The notes under the pieces are model-generated. The model did no database searches. It saw only the letters and a list, made by a program, of their open reading frames with translations, and was not told the origin of the DNA. This document shows positions 32,224 through 40,735 of a stretch of 64,000 nt of DNA, piece after piece. Source of the stretch: Escherichia coli phage Shin27; sequence record LC788709.1, one strand, 5' to 3'. Numbering within the stretch: position 1 is the first letter of the stretch; each line of letters starts with the position of its first letter. The position numbers and the translations under genes were made by a program.

Positions 32224-32433
32224 TCAATCGTTTTTTAAACTTTTTTCGATTTGATGGGAGTTATATAAATCAATCATTATATTACGCCACACCATTTCCA
32301 GCCCTTGTTGCTTGCCTTTCTTGTATTGCTTGAATCTGTATTTTACAGATCGTTGCGCTACTGTCAACAAATTTTTTGTTCTGCTATCAAGCGACTTGAT
32401 AGGCTTGCCAGTGATCAAAAGCGTTTGTTTCAT
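32224..32433 (-). CDS. hypothetical basic protein
   Basis: 69-aa ORF with AAGGA RBS, Lys/Arg-rich. Confidence 0.35.
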   Translation of the reverse strand: MKQTLLITGKPIKSLDSRTKNLLTVAQRSVKYRFKQYKKGKQQGLEMVWRNIMIDLYNSHQIEKSLKND

Positions 32434-32840
32434 ATCGTCGATTCCTTATAATATCTAAGTTTACCGCCGATAGGCTTTAAGATGTTCCCTAATTTTTAAA
32501 GAGCATGGCAGGGTTTTGAAAGGTCAAACAGACTGTCAATCGCTGTTATCCCCGCCGTGTAGTTCGTCATTGCCGCCCTACGTGATAAATAATAGGAGAA
32601 TACCGAGAAGGGCGCAAGCGTATTTTTGTAAAGAAACGTAAAGAAAACCACTACTCGCAAACGTCCAGCGGCGCATTAAATTTAATGAAACGGGCGCGCG
32701 AATAACACCAAAACAACCATTTTAGCAAGTAATTTTTTTCATTTATATTTGCTTTGCCATACTTGACAAAATCTAAAATCCTCGTGGTGAGGTTTTCTCG
32801 GTGTATCCCTTATGATTGCCTATCCTTTCCTTTGAGGCGC

Positions 32841-32867
32841 TTAGAATGCGTTACAGAGCGTTTTAGA
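32841..32867. repeat. 27-bp exact direct repeat, copy 1
   Basis: TTAGAATGCGTTACAGAGCGTTTTAGA identical to 37085-37111. Confidence 0.8.
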
Positions 32868-33185
32868 CCCTGTTAATAACTTATACAAAAAGCAAAAATG
32901 AAATTTAATGAGTTATCCACTTGATTTTTCAAAAAAGTATTTTCTGCTGTTATTTTTCATTGACAAATAAGTTTAGACGTGCATTTATTGGTTAGCAGAC
33001 TAATAATCGCTAGGAGGATAATCACGCTGGTGGATTGTAACAGCCGAAACAGTTAGCGGACTATTAATACTTTAAAAACCTATTAGCCAACTAACTATTT
33101 CATAATATATAATATACACATAAATTAATGAGAAATAATAACTATGAGAAACTATCGGGCTAAGTGAGAACCACTATCATTTAGG

Positions 33186-33255
33186 TTATGCACAAAGCTA
33201 TCCACAGCACAAAATAACTTGACGCAATAGGCGACGTTTTGGCGACTTATCCACA
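33186..33255 (+). promoter_or_regulatory. DnaA-box cluster
   Basis: TTATGCACA 33186-33194, cTATCCACA 33198-33206, TTATCCACA 33247-33255. Confidence 0.5.
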
Positions 33256-33295
33256 GACTTATATACAGGTTATCCTACTGTATAAATATACAGGG
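33241..33295. repeat. inverted-repeat arm L (DnaA box + LexA-like box)
   Basis: TTATCCACA at 33247-33255 and TACTGTATAAATATACAG at 33276-33293; reverse-complement partner at 37141-37205. Confidence 0.65.
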
Positions 33296-33543
33296 TAGAA
33301 TGGTAGCAGTAACAACCGCAATCAAATTTAAGCGGCCTAGAACGCGCTACACGGCGTTTTCTCACTGCTACCCTTATTATAATAAAGCCTTGTGTACGCT
33401 TACAGAGAGCTAGAAATAGAAAACGCGCGATTATCATAAAAACGGGCAGTAGGCAAGGAATAAAAAACCTTTTCTTTTTTTCTTGCCCCTAGCGAACAAT
33501 TATCTATATCATTCACTCACCGATTAACGAGGGAGACAAAGAA

Positions 33544-34545
33544 ATGTCTACTGTAAGAATTGCAGTACCAGCAAACGCAACTATTATTAAAGGTAGTTTG
33601 CGCAACCTGCTAGATGGTAGTAGTGCGGCAAGTATTCAGCACACCGCCGCAATGGTTGAAAAAATTCACGAGGATATTTTAGATAATAATGATACTCATT
33701 ATTCAGTCGATGATTTCACGCTATTACTAGACCAGACAAGGGCGCTAGTAATTTTCAACCGTGATTATCACATTTTCCGTAATAGTCAGGGAACTGATAT
33801 TGATTTTATCATTGTTGGTTATAGTGAGTCTCATAGTGGTTACATTGCGCGATTATATAACGTGCAAGAAAAAGAGCAGGTAACAGCAACAAAAGTAAAT
33901 AATATCAGATTGGATAGTGTCGGATCGTTATTAAATAGTATCTGGCGTGAATTATCATCCAGTTATAAAGGTGCTGATAGTGACGCAATCGAAACAACTG
34001 GCGTATTGTGCTTTGAACGCGCTAGCGGTAACATGTTGATCCCTAACGATTATTTAGAGTATGGGAATGAATCAAACGTTGCAAACGCTGGATTTACACT
34101 TTTACCGCTTGACAATGTAGCAAAACAGGCTGTAAACTCTCAAACTTCAAGCGCAAATGCGCAAACTACTGAAAATAAAGGAAATATTATGTCTAAAGTA
34201 TCTTCTATCGTTGCCGCTAATAAATCCGCCGTTGTTAACGCTGCTAAACTGGAAGCGGGTAAAATTGCACTGACTCAAATCACAAAAGTAGCGGCGAAAA
34301 AAGCGCCGTTTATGATTAAAGGTTATATCGATACGCCGATCGGTCGCGTAGTGATCGCTAACCTGTTAAGCGTAGCGGTTGACCAGTACGCCCCGACTAA
34401 TGCGAAAGCGAAAGCGGTAGCAGGCGCGGCAATGGAAGCGGCAATGCTGGAAATGGTACAGAGTTTCAATATTGCGGAAATGATCGATGAAATGGTAAAA
34501 GGTATTGACATTTCTACTTTTACCACTAACACCGAAAGTGAGTAG
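33544..34545 (+). CDS. hypothetical protein, first gene of plus-strand pre-early cassette
   Basis: 333-aa ORF with GAGGGAG RBS; Ala/Lys-rich C-terminal half; no recognisable motif. Confidence 0.55.
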   Translation: MSTVRIAVPANATIIKGSLRNLLDGSSAASIQHTAAMVEKIHEDILDNNDTHYSVDDFTLLLDQTRALVIFNRDYHIFRNSQGTDIDFIIVGYSESHSGYIARLYNVQEKEQVTATKVNNIRLDSVGSLLNSIWRELSSSYKGADSDAIETTGVLCFERASGNMLIPNDYLEYGNESNVANAGFTLLPLDNVAKQAVNSQTSSANAQTTENKGNIMSKVSSIVAANKSAVVNAAKLEAGKIALTQITKVAAKKAPFMIKGYIDTPIGRVVIANLLSVAVDQYAPTNAKAKAVAGAAMEAAMLEMVQSFNIAEMIDEMVKGIDISTFTTNTESE

Positions 34546-34612
34546 TAATAACTAGCGGGGATTATTTCCCCGCGTTACTATTTCCCTGTTAATTGTTAGG
34601 AGACTACTTATT

Positions 34613-34921
34613 ATGCAACTGAATCAAATCATGTTGACGCAATTAGCCGAAAAAATGCCGAATAGCCCCCATGTTAATTATTCGGACGATCAAAGCAATA
34701 TTCCTATATGGGAAAAACAAGGCCGTCCCTTTTTATGGGAACATGTAGAAAGCGCGAATAATTATCATGCTTTCTTTGATCGTGGTTATGGCTGGCTATG
34801 TATTTTTGTAGACGAAACTTTGCTGGATTATGGAATGGATGAAATAGTCCGTGATGACGTAATTTTCTTAAATAAAGGATTTTACAGTGTAGCAAATTCT
34901 CTTTATTTCCCTGCTAATTAA
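34613..34921 (+). CDS. hypothetical protein
   Basis: 102-aa ORF with AGGAG RBS. Confidence 0.5.
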   Translation: MQLNQIMLTQLAEKMPNSPHVNYSDDQSNIPIWEKQGRPFLWEHVESANNYHAFFDRGYGWLCIFVDETLLDYGMDEIVRDDVIFLNKGFYSVANSLYFPAN

Positions 34922-34934
34922 TAGGAGGCTAGTT

Positions 34935-35429
34935 ATGTCAGAAGAAAAATATGGCTTTTCACTAGAAAGTGTGAATGAAGCTAAACACGATATGATAGTT
35001 TTAGTTGATTGTCATACTGGCTATTGCGGGGAAGGCTGGACGGAGGAACATTTTGTTCCCGCTGGCTGTGATCTGGACGCTTTCGCAAACGAACACGCAT
35101 ATGATAATGCTTCTCGTTTCGGTAGTGATGGGGAAGAAGATGAAGAAACAGGGGAATGGATTGAAAATGATAATGTTTATGCGAGTATTTATCATTATCA
35201 ATTGAGTAAATCCGGTATTTATGTAAATGGCGGCGATCCTATTAATACCGTTATGAAACTAATTATTAAACACGGTGGCGCGGAAATAATTGGTAACAAG
35301 GCGTTATTATATGCAAATCGATTAAAACAGCTTGTTTATATTCCTGATAATTCCCGTTGGGATGAATATGCCGTTTTACAGAAAGAACTAAAACGCTGTT
35401 TCGGTGTGGAAGCATTAGAAATAGTCTAA
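34935..35429 (+). CDS. hypothetical acidic protein (DNA-mimic / anti-restriction candidate)
   Basis: 164-aa ORF with TAGGAGG RBS; strongly acidic segment DGEEDEETGEWIENDN. Confidence 0.5.
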   Translation: MSEEKYGFSLESVNEAKHDMIVLVDCHTGYCGEGWTEEHFVPAGCDLDAFANEHAYDNASRFGSDGEEDEETGEWIENDNVYASIYHYQLSKSGIYVNGGDPINTVMKLIIKHGGAEIIGNKALLYANRLKQLVYIPDNSRWDEYAVLQKELKRCFGVEALEIV

Positions 35430-35536
35430 TGTAAAGTTTTGTAAAGGTCGCCTATTATGGCGACCTTTTTTGTTATAATGCCTTTACACCGAAACGGTGG
35501 GTTGAAAATTTTCCCTGATTTCTAGGAGGCGTTAAA

Positions 35537-35764
35537 ATGGTACATTCATCATCTTCTGCAATTTTTAACGGTATGGAATGGGTATCCGTTCCCGCTATTG
35601 TCAGCGTTATGGTTTCTGAGTTCGGCATAGGTAAAACTTATGTTACCATTCAGGGGCTTTACGACAATGACAAGATTGACCAGCAAACCGCCGGATTTTT
35701 GCTGGATGAATTGAAAGCTAACCATTGCACTAAAAAGCAAGCGGCAAAAATTGTTTTAATGTAA
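35537..35764 (+). CDS. hypothetical protein
   Basis: 75-aa ORF with TAGGAGG RBS. Confidence 0.45.
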   Translation: MVHSSSSAIFNGMEWVSVPAIVSVMVSEFGIGKTYVTIQGLYDNDKIDQQTAGFLLDELKANHCTKKQAAKIVLM

Positions 35765-35810
35765 TTAATAAAGGGGGTATATTATCCCCTAATTTCTAGG
35801 AGCTAATAAA

Positions 35811-35960
35811 ATGGTTATTTTTCGATCTATTCTAGCTAGTATCTTGGGCGCTATTTTATCACTGTTTGTAATAGCTTTCGGCGTTAACGTGGTTATTATT
35901 GGAGCAGGTATCGCTGGGTTTTCTTACTTGTTAGGCTGTATGACTGGTAAAGGGGAATAA
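35811..35960 (+). CDS. small membrane peptide
   Basis: 49-aa hydrophobic ORF with TAGGAG RBS; below ORF-track size cutoff. Confidence 0.35.
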   Translation: MVIFRSILASILGAILSLFVIAFGVNVVIIGAGIAGFSYLLGCMTGKGE

Positions 35961-35962
35961 AA

Positions 35963-36175
35963 ATGTTAAAGAATGTTTCCCTTGCCCGTTCTAAAGGTTT
36001 TAAGCTGGTGGATGTTAACACGTTCGAGCGTCCAGATTGTAAAATCGAATATGTAGCACGCAACAAAAACGCTTTCCGTGTTACTGAAAAGAAATTTGAC
36101 AAGCGCGGAAATTTGGTAGCCGAAACGGTTAAACACTTTGCTACTTTTTACGCTGCGTTTCGTGGGGTATTATGA
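35963..36175 (+). CDS. hypothetical protein
   Basis: 70-aa ORF tightly packed after preceding ORF. Confidence 0.45.
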   Translation: MLKNVSLARSKGFKLVDVNTFERPDCKIEYVARNKNAFRVTEKKFDKRGNLVAETVKHFATFYAAFRGVL

Positions 36176-36273
36176 GATCCTTATATATTGCTCTAGCGTT
36201 TGCTACCGTTGGCGTTGTTTGCTCATTCGCTGCATTTGTTCTAAAAATGTACCTGATATTTTCCCAGCTTTAG
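36172..36273 (+). CDS. small membrane peptide
   Basis: 33-aa hydrophobic ORF overlapping previous stop (ATGA). Confidence 0.25.
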   Translation: MRSLYIALAFATVGVVCSFAAFVLKMYLIFSQL

Positions 36274-36284
36274 GAGCTTGACAA

Positions 36285-36632
36285 ATGGTTATTTATGAGG
36301 GTAATCGCTTTGTTACTAATTGCCGTCCGGCATTATTAGCAAACTATTTAAATCAGCTTTCCCCTGTTTATAAAGGCGTGGTTAACATCTATGAAGGCAA
36401 AGCGCACTATAGAATTAATGCCGTTGTCGCTCGCGAGCTTGCCTTTCAGTTTCTTACTTTTAACTCATGCGATATTCAGGTTATGGGTGAGTCTTTGATT
36501 GCAGAAAATGAAGATGAATTTATTAACATTTTCCGCAAAGTATGTACAGAGCGCCTGATTATGAAAGGCGCATATATTCAATCAACCGCTGATAGTATTG
36601 AAACAGCGTTTCGAAAAATTGTAAATGAATAG
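36285..36632 (+). CDS. hypothetical protein
   Basis: 115-aa ORF with TAGGAG RBS. Confidence 0.5.
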   Translation: MVIYEGNRFVTNCRPALLANYLNQLSPVYKGVVNIYEGKAHYRINAVVARELAFQFLTFNSCDIQVMGESLIAENEDEFINIFRKVCTERLIMKGAYIQSTADSIETAFRKIVNE

Positions 36633-36755
36633 CTGGTGGCGTAAAACGCAATCCCATAAATCTAATAATACCGCTGGGAAACATTCCCAGCGTTTACGAT
36701 TTGGGAACGGCTTCACAATGTTAATAATAATCATTCTCATTCTAGGAGCAATGGC

Positions 36756-36995
36756 ATGGCTGTAAGAATTTTACGATATGTAGAACGTAAAGAAACCGAT
36801 ATTATGCAGCATCATTTAACTGATGGGCAATACGCGCAATTTTTAGAAATGCAGAAAAGCGGAGCTAGTACGGCGGCGCTAGGGGCGTGGATCAATTCAG
36901 TTTCAACGTGTACGCATTTTGATTCATACGGGTATACGCCAGCCGAAACCGTCCAGATCTTTGACGACTACGAGAAGGAATACATAGCAGACTAA
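36756..36995 (+). CDS. hypothetical protein, last gene of cassette
   Basis: 79-aa ORF with TAGGAG RBS. Confidence 0.45.
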   Translation: MAVRILRYVERKETDIMQHHLTDGQYAQFLEMQKSGASTAALGAWINSVSTCTHFDSYGYTPAETVQIFDDYEKEYIAD

Positions 36996-37084
36996 TAATA
37001 GCGGGGCGCAACTATCGGCCCCGCCTTTTCTGCCTGCAAACAAATTTCCCCTTATTAAAATACCTCCTCCAAAAATAAACGCGT

Positions 37085-37111
37085 TAGAATGCGTTACAGA
37101 GCGTTTTAGAG
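37085..37111. repeat. 27-bp exact direct repeat, copy 2
   Basis: identical to 32841-32867. Confidence 0.8.
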
Positions 37112-37140
37112 CTATATTAGAGTTATTCACTACGTAGGAA

Positions 37141-37205
37141 TACTGTATATTTATACAGTAGAATAACCTGTGGATAAGTCAGTGGATAACGCCTCAAAAT
37201 CGCTA
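37141..37205. repeat. inverted-repeat arm R (LexA-like box + DnaA boxes)
   Basis: TACTGTATATTTATACAGTA at 37141-37160, TGTGGATAA at 37169-37177. Confidence 0.65.
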
Positions 37206-37251
37206 GGATTTTGTCAAGTCAAATCGTGCTGTTAATAAACCTGTGGATAAC
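37169..37251 (-). promoter_or_regulatory. DnaA-box cluster
   Basis: reverse complement of TTATCCACA at 37169-37177 and 37243-37251, near-match at 37181-37189. Confidence 0.5.
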
Positions 37252-37269
37252 TTAAATAGCAGTGTTTCT

Positions 37270-37420
37270 CACTTCGCTTTCTAAATGCGAATCATTCTCA
37301 TTATGCGACTCATTCGTATTCAATTCTGTAAATGATAATCATTCCCATTCCACTTTCTAAATGCGAGTAGTTCTCATTCGCATTCAACTTCTCAAATGCG
37401 AATCAATCTCATTATCAGTT
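37270..37420. repeat. three copies of ~25-bp motif (CTTTCTAAATGCGAATCATTCTCATT family)
   Basis: copies near 37277, 37344, 37385. Confidence 0.6.
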
Positions 37421-37463
37421 GCATTTCGGCAGGCAGGGCATTTTCTATTTGCCCTGCGCTTTT

Positions 37464-38065
37464 GTGCAAATCCGACATCTGCCCCCACGGATTACGTGCC
37501 AGCGTGCATGTGCGAATCCGACAATTTTTGGTAGTGTGCAAATCCGATGGGAAATATTTTTTATATGTGCGAATCCGACAATGAATTTTCCTAAAAACTC
37601 CAGCAATCCGCAACTGCGATGCAATCCAGCTGGATTTACTAGAGTATGCGCAAATCCGACATGAGTTTATTTGTGCAAAACCGACAAGATTTTTGTGACT
37701 TCGATGAGAGGGTGTGTGATTGTGAGGGTTTGGGGAGAAGTGCGAATCCGATGAGATTTTGGGAGGAACTACGGAAGGAGCAGCGGTGATGGTGCTTTAG
37801 CACCGGTTTGCTGCATTTTTGAGGATAATGCGGGATGTTTTGGCTAGAATTGAGATTAGGGGAGATAAAGCGAAATTTTATTAGCAAAATGGGGCAAAAT
37901 CGCTTGACAAGTGAAAATTCCTGTGGCTCTAAAAAACTCAGGCAAATATGGGCCTTCGGCCCGAAATAATGCTGCTATTTTCAGTGTTCCTAAAAACTTT
38001 GGAGACTCCTATCAATGTGCAAATCCGACCATAAATTTCTAGAAACACAGTGTGCAAATCCGATA
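37464..38065. repeat. dispersed array of ~10 copies of 14-bp motif GTGCRAATCCGAYR
   Basis: copies at 37464, 37510, 37538, 37567, 37648, 37673, 37740, 38017, 38052, degenerate at ~37603; irregular spacing. Confidence 0.75.
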
Positions 38066-38230
38066 GCAATTTCCAGAAATGTGTTTTGGAAAAATGTCTC
38101 CTAGAAATAACCGCCCTCCCTATAACCGCCCTGTATTAAACCGCCTATTGCTGGAGTTTCTAGGAACATGAAAACCGCCTGAGTTGGCGAGAGTTTTCCT
38201 AGAAACTTAGGAGTCTACTAGAAAGTGTTG
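38030..38230. repeat. cluster of TTCTAGAA-type palindromes and AACCGCC repeats
   Basis: TTTCTAGAAAC, TCCTAGAAA, TTTCTAGGAAC, TTCCTAGAAAC plus four AACCGCC copies at 38100-38170. Confidence 0.6.
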
Positions 38231-38528
38231 TGCTATCCTAGCAGATGAGCGGCAACAGGTGTATCATCTTGAACATTAATTTATCTATTCAACAGTATTA
38301 GTTTTTATATAAGTATAAGATCCCCAGGGGATTGTGAGAGATGCTCCACCCCTGGGATACGAATTGCGTGAGATGGTACAAAACTTCTGAAGATTTCCCT
38401 AGCCCTCCGACAAGCTACGGGGGAAATAGAAGTTTCCCATCCACCATCCGTATCCGGGTGGATCTCTTTATTCTATGTTATTTCATAGAGTTATTATAAC
38501 ATGCAGAAATCATAACGTCAAGTAGAGT

Positions 38529-39419
38529 TTATTCATCGAACATGAGATTTCCTTTCATCCCCATCTCCGCATACTCCATGAGTTCTCCTAGGGATCTCAC
38601 AGGGTAATCTACTTTACTGAAGTTATCATAGATCTTACATGAACTCTCGTACAACTCGTTAGGTATCTGCAATTTGTTATCAGTTAGCTTCTCATAACGT
38701 GTAGAAGATTTTGTACCTTCAAACAGAACTGCAATAACTGCGGCGATTTGTTTGGTAAGATCATCTGCTCCTAGAATTATTCTATTAATAGCAATCGTTA
38801 CTTCATGCTTAGGTTTCACAGGTGGAAGGATAGGCTTGAGATCCTTAGGTAAAGGTTCTGTTCCTAGGAATCCTTCTTTTGTGCGGAACCAATAATTATC
38901 TAGATCAGATATTGTCTTAGACTTATTCCATATAGTGAAGCAAGGTTTATTTCCTTCACGATCTCTGTATTCACGAACTGGAAGATAATGATCAGGGAAT
39001 GAGTTGAGTGCATCATGCATTGGTGAGCCTGTCTTTTTAAATGACAAACCGTACAACTCATTATAATTCATAACTTCATCTTCATAAACATGGAAATCTT
39101 TATATGCTGGAAGATTAAACCATTCCTGAAGTGAATGAACTGCAAAACGTTGTGCCCAAGCATGCATCACAAGAACTCTGTACTCTTTTACTTCATCTTT
39201 TGGAGAAGTACCTCTAACTGTTCTAGCTGACCGAATACAGAACATCTCAACAACACGTCTCTCGTTTAAAGAAAGCTCAGAGTAACAACGTTCATGGCAA
39301 CCTTCTAGCATTTCTAGAAGTTCACGTAGTTTCTCTACATCGACCGGTGGAAAAGGTCTCTCTTCCACCGCGAATTTACCAACTACACCTTTCGGCTTTC
39401 TATTACTATAAAATCCCAT
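38529..39419 (-). CDS. hypothetical early protein
   Basis: 296-aa ORF, last gene before the repeat region. Confidence 0.5.
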   Translation of the reverse strand: MGFYSNRKPKGVVGKFAVEERPFPPVDVEKLRELLEMLEGCHERCYSELSLNERRVVEMFCIRSARTVRGTSPKDEVKEYRVLVMHAWAQRFAVHSLQEWFNLPAYKDFHVYEDEVMNYNELYGLSFKKTGSPMHDALNSFPDHYLPVREYRDREGNKPCFTIWNKSKTISDLDNYWFRTKEGFLGTEPLPKDLKPILPPVKPKHEVTIAINRIILGADDLTKQIAAVIAVLFEGTKSSTRYEKLTDNKLQIPNELYESSCKIYDNFSKVDYPVRSLGELMEYAEMGMKGNLMFDE

Positions 39420-40030
39420 TAACGACCTCTAGCCTTATCTGCATCAATAGCTTCGAATACTTTCGTTAACATTTCTTCAAGCTCACCTTCTTTGCTAGGA
39501 TTGCTCAAACGAATAGTATATGAGTTCCTAGAAACTCCTGAGTCTTCTTGTGCTCCGCGATCTTTTGCAAAGCCCATCATTGCAACGCCAGCTTTATTCC
39601 ACTCGTCTACGCTAGATGCTTCCCCAAATTTATATGATTGCGTATTGCTTACCACGCCACCACAAGGAACATTGTGCATATCCGGCATTAATCTTTTATC
39701 GGAATTATTCAGCATTGCGATTGGTCCCGACTGCCACGGATCTCGAATAGTCACTGGAGTACTCGGGCGGTTCACTTCAGTCTTCACGAGTTTGTATCCA
39801 GCATCGATTAGTGCATTAATCAGATTATCAGCCGGGATACGAGCCGTGCCAAAGATAGCACGAGCATTCATAAGCTTAGCCTGAAATTCCTTGCAACCTT
39901 GAAGATCAGTGTGCAAAAACGACAGTTGCATAGATTTAAACTGTACTGTAGCAGTCAGATCTTTAAAGCTGTAATCCCATGTGTCGAGTTCATGATCTGC
40001 AACTACTTTAATGGTTTGTTGTGTAAACAT
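39419..40030 (-). CDS. hypothetical early protein
   Basis: 203-aa ORF. Confidence 0.5.
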   Translation of the reverse strand: MFTQQTIKVVADHELDTWDYSFKDLTATVQFKSMQLSFLHTDLQGCKEFQAKLMNARAIFGTARIPADNLINALIDAGYKLVKTEVNRPSTPVTIRDPWQSGPIAMLNNSDKRLMPDMHNVPCGGVVSNTQSYKFGEASSVDEWNKAGVAMMGFAKDRGAQEDSGVSRNSYTIRLSNPSKEGELEEMLTKVFEAIDADKARGR

Positions 40031-40215
40031 TATTTATTCTCCAGTTTATCTAACAGCTTACGAGCTGCGATATTGTGTTGTTTAATTTCTCTGTTAAGAA
40101 TCTCGTTCTCACAGTTTAACTCTAGATTCTTAGTATTAAGACGACTGCAAATCAGTATCAAGCCTAGAATAGTTAAGAGTGAACCGCCCAGTAATATAAG
40201 AAGTAATGTTTCCAT
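40030..40215 (-). CDS. small membrane protein
   Basis: 61-aa ORF with N-terminal TM. Confidence 0.35.
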   Translation of the reverse strand: METLLLILLGGSLLTILGLILICSRLNTKNLELNCENEILNREIKQHNIAARKLLDKLENK

Positions 40216-40448
40216 TATTTGATTCCCATGTAACGTTTAAGATAAACAATGAAGTCTTCCGGTGCATGCTCTAGGCTACCTTGAGCCACGAATAACTTCA
40301 GAGCTTCACGTTGTAGTTTAAGAGTCGCCACCTCGCCACGTAACTTTGTTAGATCCTCTGCTAATTCTCTGGCTCTACGCATAATAACGAAAGATACAAG
40401 TATTACTATGAATAACATAACTACTAAGACGCTTGCTACAATTTCCAT
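40215..40448 (-). CDS. small membrane protein
   Basis: 77-aa ORF with N-terminal TM and coiled coil. Confidence 0.35.
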   Translation of the reverse strand: MEIVASVLVVMLFIVILVSFVIMRRARELAEDLTKLRGEVATLKLQREALKLFVAQGSLEHAPEDFIVYLKRYMGIK

Positions 40449-40735
40449 TAGTTACCCCAAATTAACATCCAACTCTTATCAAAGTTAGATACTCTATTAA
40501 TTAATTCGCCCATAGAAATGTTATTGTTGTCTATGGCTTCTTGTACAAACTCTTTACCGAAATCATCTACTAGGTATTCTGTACCATTTATAATAATCTT
40601 GTAGAGAGCTGGGACTAAAGGATGTTGATGATTAAGAGGACTCTCGTTAACAATTATCTCATTCTTTCCCCACGTCGTCTTGAACAGTTTGTGAGAGAGT
40701 AGAGCTAAGGGGTTTGACCAGACTACGTACTCCAT
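40448..40735 (-). CDS. hypothetical protein
   Basis: 95-aa ORF; overlaps 3' end of upstream ORF by 77 nt in another frame. Confidence 0.35.
   Translation of the reverse strand: MEYVVWSNPLALLSHKLFKTTWGKNEIIVNESPLNHQHPLVPALYKIIINGTEYLVDDFGKEFVQEAIDNNNISMGELINRVSNFDKSWMLIWGN

Noticed and set aside
37392-37887. Several 60-80-aa ORFs on both strands
   Set aside because: They fall entirely within the short-repeat arrays, have no RBS and overlap each other; they are frames kept open by the repeats.
37464-38065. Possible CRISPR array
   Set aside because: The repeat unit is only ~14 bp, spacing is irregular (about 25-260 bp), copies are degenerate and no cas genes are present.
26300-38400. Integrated mobile element or prophage boundary
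   Set aside because: No integrase, transposase or attachment-site-like tRNA junction; gene content and order fit a T5-like pre-early / terminal-repeat region instead.
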